Source: Candidatus Hermodarchaeota archaeon
GTDB lineage: Archaea; Asgardarchaeota; Lokiarchaeia; Sigyniarchaeales; SOKP01
Assembly (NCBI GenBank): GCA_048885525.1
Contig: JBHLLP010000056.1
Coordinates: 1-18,240 of the forward strand
Length of the DNA stretch: 18,240 nucleotides
Direction: 5' to 3'
The notes under the pieces were generated by a model. It was not told where the DNA came from. It searched no databases and saw only the letters and a list, made by a program, of their open reading frames with translations. Numbering within the stretch: position 1 is the first letter of the stretch; every line of letters begins with the position of its first letter. The translations under genes and the position numbers were made by a program. This document shows, piece after piece, positions 8,061 through 15,680 of this stretch.

Positions 8061-9854
8061 TTGAAAATCGATAACTTAAATCAAAAAGAAGTCATTGTTA
8101 AAGAATTAGTTAATTCTGGTATCAATGTAACTCCCTCAATTTTAGATTTTCTTGTAAATTTGGAGGACCCCTTGCAGAATGTTAAAATGATTATAAAAAA
8201 TGTTAGTTTTCTTCCTGATTTTGATGGGCATTTAACAAAAGAAATTTTGCACAAAATTACGAATGAGGAACTAAGCAAATCATTGAAGAAGGTATTATTA
8301 AAAAAAACAAACTCAATCACTATTCAAAAGAAAGAATTAAGAGAAAATCATGATATTGGTTTACCAAATTCATTTAATGTCAAAGAAACTGAAGAACCCA
8401 AAACAAAACCTCATAAAATTACTGATAATGAGGTTCAATTAAAAAATCAACTAGATTTTTATGAGGAATCATCGATTTTAAAAAAAAACAATCAGGATTT
8501 ATCTAAAATTGAAAAAAAAAATAAATTAAGAGTCAAACCTTTTGATCGTTCGAAAACTACACTAAGCTTTAGACCAATCGCAAAAGATTTTGACTTTGAT
8601 TACGAGATTTTAAAGGATCCTACTGGAAAACTCTATACAAATGGAGATTATGAAGATTTTTACAATTTAACTTTAGATAAATTTAATAAACTTCGAGCTT
8701 TAATGAGAAAGAGGCCAGAAGTTCTGTCCGCAAATAATATTAACAATATTTTAAGATTAAATAATAAAGTAGAAGTTTCTGCCATTGGAATAGTCAATGA
8801 GATTCGCAAAACTAAAAATGGAAATTATTTTGTAACCTTAGAAGATCAGACTAGTACGATTAATGTTATTATCTATAAAGACTCAGAAAATCAAGACAGT
8901 GTAAAACTTGCGGAAAGAATTCTTAATGATCAGATGATTTATATCGAAGGAACTTACAATCCGGGAGAAAGAGGTAAAAAAGGTATAATATATAGTAATT
9001 ATTTATCTAAAATTGATATTCCAAGAGACTATAACCCAAATAAATCACCTGATCCTTTATCAATTGCTTTAATTTCTGATACTCACATCGGAAGTAAAGA
9101 ATTTGAGGAAAAATTATGGAATAGATTTATAAATTTCTTAAATGGGAAAATTGGAAACAAGAATCAAAGAGAACGAGCGGGAAGAATTAAATATATTATA
9201 ATTAATGGTGATTTAGTTGATGGAATAGGAGTATATCCAACACAACAGAGTGACCTTAATATCACTAATATTCATAACCAATTTAAAAAAGCAACAAAAC
9301 TGCTTTCAGGAGTTCCCGATTATATAAAAATTTTCTACAGTTCTGGTAATCATGAACCAGTGAGAAATGCAATTCCTAGACCTGCAGTACCAAAAAAATA
9401 TTCTTCAGAACTTATAAGTAATGGAATTAGGTGTATAGGAAACCCCTCAATTGTGCAAACCCATAAGGTTAATACATTAATTTTCCATGGTGATAGTCTT
9501 CTCGATTTAAATATGTTAATACCTGGTTTAGAAAACAATAAACCAATCGAAACAATGAAAGAACTTCTAATATGTAGACATTTAGCTCCAATTTATGGAA
9601 AAAAAACACAAATAGCACCCACAAATAAAGATTGGCTTGTAATTGATAAAATTCCCGATATTTTTCATACAGGACATATTCATATTAATGATATGGGCTC
9701 GTATAATAATATTTTATTAACTAATTCAGGATGTTTCCAAAGTCAGACAGAATTTATGAACTCTTTAGGTATCAAACCTACTCCGGGTATTTTATCCATT
9801 GTTGATTTAGATAGTCTGAATGGAACACAATTAGATTTAAAAAGTAGTGTTTAA
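8061..9854 (+). CDS. polB: DNA polymerase D small (proofreading exonuclease) subunit DP1
   Basis: OB-fold (IGIVNEIRKTKNGN...LEDQT) followed by calcineurin-like motifs ISDTHIGS, GDLVDGIGVYP.Q, GNHE, HGDS, RHLAP.YG, HTGHIH and NSGCFQ.QT.F. TTG start. Confidence 0.96.
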   Translation: MKIDNLNQKEVIVKELVNSGINVTPSILDFLVNLEDPLQNVKMIIKNVSFLPDFDGHLTKEILHKITNEELSKSLKKVLLKKTNSITIQKKELRENHDIGLPNSFNVKETEEPKTKPHKITDNEVQLKNQLDFYEESSILKKNNQDLSKIEKKNKLRVKPFDRSKTTLSFRPIAKDFDFDYEILKDPTGKLYTNGDYEDFYNLTLDKFNKLRALMRKRPEVLSANNINNILRLNNKVEVSAIGIVNEIRKTKNGNYFVTLEDQTSTINVIIYKDSENQDSVKLAERILNDQMIYIEGTYNPGERGKKGIIYSNYLSKIDIPRDYNPNKSPDPLSIALISDTHIGSKEFEEKLWNRFINFLNGKIGNKNQRERAGRIKYIIINGDLVDGIGVYPTQQSDLNITNIHNQFKKATKLLSGVPDYIKIFYSSGNHEPVRNAIPRPAVPKKYSSELISNGIRCIGNPSIVQTHKVNTLIFHGDSLLDLNMLIPGLENNKPIETMKELLICRHLAPIYGKKTQIAPTNKDWLVIDKIPDIFHTGHIHINDMGSYNNILLTNSGCFQSQTEFMNSLGIKPTPGILSIVDLDSLNGTQLDLKSSV

Positions 9855-9875
9855 TTATCTTTCTTAATTATTCAT

Positions 9876-10577
9876 GTGGACAATATTAATAATATGAATC
9901 TTGCATTTCCTCGTAATAATAATTCAGAAATGTTATTATATATTTGGAAAATAATTGATCTACCCTACATATCATTTGATGATTTATTTTATAAAATATC
10001 ATTTGATTTATTTCTCCTTTCTCCAGATAAAGCTATTGATTTCATAAACACCTGTATTGATAAAAAACTCATTATCAAAGATAATGATTATAATCTTAAA
10101 TTATCAAAAGATCTATCTGATCAATTAAAAAATTGGCAAAAAATTAGAAAGAATAGTATTATTGAAAAAATCAACTCTGCAAAGAAAATTGCTCAATTGA
10201 AAAATGATATTGATAAAAAAGATTTATCTAATTTTGGCTTATTAATCAACGCTTTCGTAGATAAAGGAACGTTAAATAGATCTGTAACCGTCTCTGATGC
10301 TGCATTTGATATATCGGAATATAATCGTTTGGAAGGAATTATTAAGTCAAAAGTTAAGGGTTCTAAAGAAGAATCATATATTATAGAAATAAATACTAAT
10401 GATAAGATATTACGTCATAATTGTCATGATTTTGAGACTAGAAGAGCTGATAATAAGAAGTTTTGTAAACACATAGCAAAACTTTTCCTAATACTTAAAG
10501 AGAAAAATAATAAATCTGCTGAGTACTTCTTAAATCAATTAGCGGAAGATATAGATAAGTGGGAATTCATTACCTAA
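9876..10577 (+). CDS. SWIM-type zinc-finger protein with an N-terminal winged-helix-like (DUF2240-like) region
   Basis: VKGSKEESYII...HNCHDF-x9-CKH is a SWIM-like motif with HxC in place of CxC. The N-terminal ISFDLFLLSPDKAIDFI...KKLI recalls archaeal DUF2240. Lies 21 bp after DP1 on the same strand. The true start may be the ATG at 9894. Confidence 0.7.
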   Translation: MDNINNMNLAFPRNNNSEMLLYIWKIIDLPYISFDDLFYKISFDLFLLSPDKAIDFINTCIDKKLIIKDNDYNLKLSKDLSDQLKNWQKIRKNSIIEKINSAKKIAQLKNDIDKKDLSNFGLLINAFVDKGTLNRSVTVSDAAFDISEYNRLEGIIKSKVKGSKEESYIIEINTNDKILRHNCHDFETRRADNKKFCKHIAKLFLILKEKNNKSAEYFLNQLAEDIDKWEFIT

Positions 10578-11881
10578 ATCAGCTTTTTAAATATGTTATT
10601 TTTTAGTTTAACTTTATCAGTTTGTAAAAAAACCGGTTTATAATTCATAATTCCCTTGATTTTATCAATATCTGCTAAAACTTTTTCAATGAGTTCCATT
10701 CCTATATCAAATTTAATTATTTTAGTTCTTCCATAATGTCCCATAGATTTAACATCAGCAGAGATAATTCCTGCCAATGATAATTCATTGATATAATCAC
10801 TTATTCTCCTCTTAGTTAATTGCCTAACACCAGGGATTAATCCCCTAATTTCTGAATGTACATCATAAATATCACCAGATATAATAATATGCTCAGAATT
10901 AAATCTTGAAATTAAATAAATTGATGCTAATATCAGTTGGGCTTGAAGTGGCATACCTTTTATATATTCTATAATATGATCATTTTCTAAATCCTCTTGA
11001 GCTTTCTCTACATGTTTACCTGTAATTATTTTATTTTGATCTCTTTCAGCTAATTCTCCTGCCTTCCTAAACAATTGCAGAGCTTTCCGAGCATCACCAT
11101 GCTCCTTTGCTGCGAGAGCAGCACATAATGGTATTACGTCTTGTTTTAACACATTCTCTTGAAAAGCAATTTTGGCTCTATCTTTTAAAATATCTCTCAG
11201 CTCACTTGCATCGTAAGAAGGAAAAACTATATGTTCTTCACCTAAACTAGATAATATTCTTGGATCTAAGCTTTCTCTGAATTTTAATTTATTAGAAATT
11301 CCAATTATACTTGTTCTACTATTATCTAAATTTTCATTTAATCTTGTTAAATCATATAAAATTTCGTTTCCTCCTTTCTTATCCACTAAGATATCTATCT
11401 CATCTAATACTAAAAAGCAAATTGAATTCCTGACCTTAGAATCTAAGATTCCTAGTAATTTTTTAAAAATTATATCCTTTGGAAGCCCAGTAGGTGGAAT
11501 CTTCTCCTGTCTTGAAATTGTGTTGTAAATATGAGCTAATATGCGATAGGGGGTTGATACAATATTACAATTGATATAAATCCACCATGGTTTAATTTCT
11601 GAGGCTTGTTGGGCTAGTTTTTGACTTACATATCTTATAGTTGCCGTTTTCCCCGTGCCTGTCATTCCATAACACAAAAAATTAGGAGGTATATCACCAA
11701 ATAGAGCACAAGCCGTTTTTTCAGCAATATTTTTAATTTGAGAGTCTCGATGAGGCAGCTCTTCGGGAATATAGGATGAATCTAAGGCGTCTCGATTTTT
11801 AAAAATTCTTGGACCTTTTAGATAGTTTTTGTAAAATTTATCAATGTTAAATTGATGATTATTATTATGATTTTTCAACAA
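10574..11881 (-). CDS. cdc6: Cdc6/Orc1 replication initiator AAA+ ATPase
   Basis: Y.PEELPHRD.QI, Walker A GMTGTGKT, Walker B VLDEID, LDPRILSSL, F..Y...EL..IL..R, HGDARKAL and a C-terminal winged helix with G.YGRT. TTG start preceded by GGTG. Confidence 0.96.
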   Translation of the reverse strand: MLKNHNNNHQFNIDKFYKNYLKGPRIFKNRDALDSSYIPEELPHRDSQIKNIAEKTACALFGDIPPNFLCYGMTGTGKTATIRYVSQKLAQQASEIKPWWIYINCNIVSTPYRILAHIYNTISRQEKIPPTGLPKDIIFKKLLGILDSKVRNSICFLVLDEIDILVDKKGGNEILYDLTRLNENLDNSRTSIIGISNKLKFRESLDPRILSSLGEEHIVFPSYDASELRDILKDRAKIAFQENVLKQDVIPLCAALAAKEHGDARKALQLFRKAGELAERDQNKIITGKHVEKAQEDLENDHIIEYIKGMPLQAQLILASIYLISRFNSEHIIISGDIYDVHSEIRGLIPGVRQLTKRRISDYINELSLAGIISADVKSMGHYGRTKIIKFDIGMELIEKVLADIDKIKGIMNYKPVFLQTDKVKLKNNIFKKLI

Positions 11882-11917
11882 TTATGACACCATTAGTATA
11901 TCATATTAATAGATATA

Positions 11918-11935
11918 TTTCCACTCGAAATTGGG
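11918..11935 (+). promoter_or_regulatory. ORB-like (origin recognition box) element upstream of cdc6
   Basis: TTTCCACTCGAAATTGGG resembles the archaeal ORB core TTCCAnTnGAAA(C/T) followed by a short G-string. It lies 36 bp upstream of cdc6, next to a very AT-rich ~270-bp stretch. Confidence 0.5.
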
Positions 11936-12209
11936 ATATATTCAATATTTCAATTGCATATTTAAAATTATTTATTAATCTTTAATATAGTAGAAAAATG
12001 TTAAGGCTTTAATAGTTAAATTTGATGAATCTTTTTAATTATTTTAATAATATTGTCGGTAATTTAAAAGAATATTATTTATGAAGCAATATTTATTAAG
12101 TTCTTATTAACAGATCTTTTAATTAAAAAATGTTTAATTTAATTAAATATTTGTCTAATTATTCATTTTATTAACGCAAAAAATACTCCTACTAAGGAAA
12201 TATAATACA

Positions 12210-12965
12210 TTGAGAACTGGAACTGAAAAAAATCATAAAAAAATAGCAGGAATTTTAGCTATAACATTTGCATGTTTAATTTTAGCTAATTTTCTTCTAA
12301 TTGCTATTTTCTTCAAATGGGCTGATTGGGTTGCTCTATTAATATTCAGCCTTTTATTGATTGTTCCCGCTTACATTTCAAATGCTTCGATGGTTATCAC
12401 TGGTGGAGGTAAACCTATTGATGGTGGGAGGACTCTTCGGGATGGTCGAAGAATTTTAGGGGATCATAAAACTTGGAATGGATTAAAGGGACCATTATAC
12501 ATTGGAATTCCAATCTCCTTTTGCATATTTCTTCTTTTTAATTTTTTATGGGTCCCTATAAGGGCTCTCATTATTGATGCAAGTGCTCAAGGGCAATATC
12601 TCCTCTATAATGATATTAGAATTTTTAAATATTACTTTTTAGGTGGAGAATTCCCTGCCAATTTTTTAGTTTTAATAATTAGAATTATATTGGCATCATA
12701 TGGGGCTGTAGTAGGCGACTTAATTGGTTCTTTTTTGAAAAGAAGAATTGATATTAAAAGTGGAGCGCCTTTCTGGATCGTAGATCAGTTAGATTTTGCA
12801 TTAGTAGCATTACTCTTTGTTTCAATCCCAGGATTCTTATTACCAAATCTTTTCTTACTTCCCGACATATTTATCATAATTTTTCTAATAATATTGACTC
12901 CCGCTGTGAGTATAATCGCAAATACAGTAGCTTATATTATCGGTCTAAAAAACGTACCTTGGTAA
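12210..12965 (+). CDS. carS: CDP-archaeol synthase (CDP-2,3-bis-O-geranylgeranyl-sn-glycerol synthase)
   Basis: PAYISNA, GGGKPIDGG, DGRRILGDHKTW, GDLIGSFLKRR, DQLDF and C-terminal GLKNVPW motifs, with multiple transmembrane helices. Confidence 0.93.
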   Translation: MRTGTEKNHKKIAGILAITFACLILANFLLIAIFFKWADWVALLIFSLLLIVPAYISNASMVITGGGKPIDGGRTLRDGRRILGDHKTWNGLKGPLYIGIPISFCIFLLFNFLWVPIRALIIDASAQGQYLLYNDIRIFKYYFLGGEFPANFLVLIIRIILASYGAVVGDLIGSFLKRRIDIKSGAPFWIVDQLDFALVALLFVSIPGFLLPNLFLLPDIFIIIFLIILTPAVSIIANTVAYIIGLKNVPW

Positions 12966-12983
12966 AATTTCTATAATTTGATA

Positions 12984-13484
12984 TCATTCCCTAAATTTAC
13001 ATTTAACTTTTAAAGGCTTATTGCGATTTTCAAAAACAACATATTTTTCAAAGAATTCATTTACTGCTCTAATATAATCTCCATTACGACCTATTGCAAT
13101 CCCTCTTTCTTCATAAAATAGAAAATACACAGAAATTTCTCTACTTCCAGATTTATTATCAAATTCAATCTTTATATCATCAATATTCAAATCTGGAAAA
13201 AAACTAAAAAGTAGATTGATTAGAATTTTCTCTACTCTTATAATCATTATTTTCCTTTTAATATTTTGCCTCCTTATTGAATCTAAATGCATTTTTGAGA
13301 TCGAATAATATTTTTTTCTAACAAAAAAGAAGATATAATTATTAATTACTACAAGAAATTCTGGATATATTCCATTTGTTTTTTTTGCGAAATATTCACG
13401 CAAAAGTAGTTCAAAATTTGAATATCTTTTAACAAATGATAGCAATTGATAAAGTATCAGATCATCCGCAATCGTATAAAACAT
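12984..13484 (-). CDS. divergent archaeal NusA-like KH-domain protein
   Basis: Second half has ERGIAIGRNGDYIRAV, the KH GxxG motif as in archaeal NusA. The layout (IFFFV...RKIMII...LL...F.PD...DIKIE) fits two KH domains, the first lacking GxxG. Confidence 0.65.
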   Translation of the reverse strand: MFYTIADDLILYQLLSFVKRYSNFELLLREYFAKKTNGIYPEFLVVINNYIFFFVRKKYYSISKMHLDSIRRQNIKRKIMIIRVEKILINLLFSFFPDLNIDDIKIEFDNKSGSREISVYFLFYEERGIAIGRNGDYIRAVNEFFEKYVVFENRNKPLKVKCKFRE

Positions 13485-13601
13485 ATTATTACATTACCTA
13501 TAATCAATTTAAACTACTCAGAAATTTATATAATTACAAAAATGTTATATATATCAAGCACTTCTAGATCCCATAATTCTACTCAAATTGGCTAAAAGAA
13601 G

Positions 13602-14039
13602 ATGAAGAAAGCAGGTTATAGATTTCTAGAACATACTGCCGATGTCTCGGTTGAAGCTCAAGGCAGAAACTTGGAAGAAGCTTTTGAGCAAACTGCTTAT
13701 AGTTTAATGGAAACAATAACTCCTAGTTTAAGAATACTATCTTCTGAAATTGAAAGAACCATTACAATTGAAGCAGAAGATAAAGAAGCATTATTATTTG
13801 ATTTTTTAACTGAATTTCTTTATCTATTTGATGTAGAGGAACTAATTTTTAATAAGATTGATATCCAACCTATTAAAAAAGAACAAGAAAAATATCATTT
13901 AGTAGCATATGTTAAAGGAACTAAATTTAATAAAAACAAACATGAACCAGGCACAGAAGTTAAAGCCATAACTTATTCATTTATGAAAATCGAAGAAAAT
14001 GCCAAAGGAGTTATAATAAATATTGTATTTGATATTTAA
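13602..14039 (+). CDS. archease (RtcB activation cofactor)
   Basis: YRFLEHTADV, LLFDFL.E.LY, EVKAITY and C-terminal VFDI motifs. Confidence 0.96.
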   Translation: MKKAGYRFLEHTADVSVEAQGRNLEEAFEQTAYSLMETITPSLRILSSEIERTITIEAEDKEALLFDFLTEFLYLFDVEELIFNKIDIQPIKKEQEKYHLVAYVKGTKFNKNKHEPGTEVKAITYSFMKIEENAKGVIINIVFDI

Positions 14040-14068
14040 ATAAAAATTAATATTTAAATCTGAAGAAT

Positions 14069-15541
14069 TCATCCCTTTACTACTCCTATTGGGATTAATC
14101 TAACTACTTTTTCAACGATACCGAGATTGTGACTAACCTGAACAACTTGATCTATATCTTTATAAGCACCAGGAGCTTCTTCAGCAATTACTTTCATCGA
14201 AGCAGCACGTATCATAATACCTTGTTTTCTTAAACTTTCTTTAACTCGTTCCCCCCAGTATTCCTTAGTAGCTTTTGATCTAGACATTACTCTTCCAGAG
14301 CCATGAGCAGTCGAACCAAATGATAGATCCATTGCATTTTCTTTTCCAACACATAGATAAGATGCAGAACCCATTGTTCCAGGGATTAATGCAGGTTGTC
14401 CTATAGATTTATAATCAGATGGTAGATCAGGATGTTCTGGTGGAAAAGCTCTCGTTGCTCCTTTTCTATGGACATTTAATTTCATCTTTTTACCATCAAT
14501 TTCATGTTCTTCTATTTTTAAAATATTGTGGCAGACCCCATAAATTAGATGTAAATCTAAAGTGTCAATATCTTTTTTAAAGATATTTTGAAAGGATTCT
14601 CTTAACCAATGTGTAATTAATTGACGGTTTGTAAATCCAAAATTAGCTGCACATGCCATTTGTTTTAAGTAGTCTTGTGCTTCTGGTTTATCCGCTGGAA
14701 CACTTGCTAATTCTCTATCAGGTACTCTAATATTATATTTTTTCATTGCTTGTTCAATATTACGTAAAGAGTCTGTGCAAACCTGATGTCCAAGAGCCCT
14801 ACTCCCTGTATGAACCATTACAGTAATTTGGTTTTTTTCATGTATTCCTAAAGTTTTAGCGATATTTTTATTATAAATTTCATCAACTTTTTGAATTTCA
14901 AGAAAATGATTTCCACTCCCTAAGGAACCAAGTTGTTTTATTGCACGCTGTTTTGCTCTTTGGGAAACAAAAGTAGCATCAGCATTCTTTAAACAACCAT
15001 TCTCTTCCAAGTGTTTAAGGTCTTCTTCAATAGCATAACCATTATCTAATGCCCAATTTACTCCATTATTCAATACTTTATCCAAATCTGAATAATTTAT
15101 ATTTAGTTTCCCTTTTGATCCTAACCCAGAAGGGATATTATTAAAGATAGTATTTAAAAGATCCTGGAGTACACCTTTAACATCTTTAAGAAATAAGTTT
15201 GTACGTAATAATCTTACACCACAGTTAATATCGTAACCAACTCCTCCAGGAGAAATCATCCCATTCTCTGCATCAGTTCCTGCAACGCCCCCAATACAAA
15301 ATCCATACCCTTGATGAGCATCCGAAAGAGCAATAGCATGTTTCTGTATTCCAGGTAAACAAGCAACATTACAAATTTGATCAAGTGTACGATCAAGCCT
15401 TATTTTCTCTAAAATATAATCATTCGCATAAATTTTAACAGGAACCCTCATCTGAAATTTCTCAATGTTACCTTTAATCCTTGCCATTAAAGTTTTTGGT
15501 GAAATCTCGAAAATATTATCATCAATTTTATTGACATTCAT
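14069..15541 (-). CDS. rtcB: RNA-splicing ligase RtcB
   Basis: DAHQGYGF.IG, GVGYDINCG, GSGNHFLE, HTGSR, HNI, HRKGATR, PGTMG, STAHGSGR, EEAPGAYKD and C-terminal VVKG. No intein. Confidence 0.98.
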   Translation of the reverse strand: MNVNKIDDNIFEISPKTLMARIKGNIEKFQMRVPVKIYANDYILEKIRLDRTLDQICNVACLPGIQKHAIALSDAHQGYGFCIGGVAGTDAENGMISPGGVGYDINCGVRLLRTNLFLKDVKGVLQDLLNTIFNNIPSGLGSKGKLNINYSDLDKVLNNGVNWALDNGYAIEEDLKHLEENGCLKNADATFVSQRAKQRAIKQLGSLGSGNHFLEIQKVDEIYNKNIAKTLGIHEKNQITVMVHTGSRALGHQVCTDSLRNIEQAMKKYNIRVPDRELASVPADKPEAQDYLKQMACAANFGFTNRQLITHWLRESFQNIFKKDIDTLDLHLIYGVCHNILKIEEHEIDGKKMKLNVHRKGATRAFPPEHPDLPSDYKSIGQPALIPGTMGSASYLCVGKENAMDLSFGSTAHGSGRVMSRSKATKEYWGERVKESLRKQGIMIRAASMKVIAEEAPGAYKDIDQVVQVSHNLGIVEKVVRLIPIGVVKG

Positions 15542-15680
15542 CTTAAATTTATTAATAAAACAATTTTCAAAAATATTTTCATTTAATCCAATAAAATGTC
15601 AAGAAATTCAAAAAACAAGAAAATCTTTTAAATAATATGAGGTGTTATTAAAAAATAGATTTATGAAATAGATTTATGTT

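Noticed and set aside
8081-9538. Short - strand ORFs 8081-8320 and 9350-9538
   Set aside because: Antisense within DP1.
4299-15541. Inteins in DP2, Cdc6 or RtcB (common intein hosts)
   Set aside because: Protein lengths are normal and conserved motifs are contiguous; no intein blocks seen.
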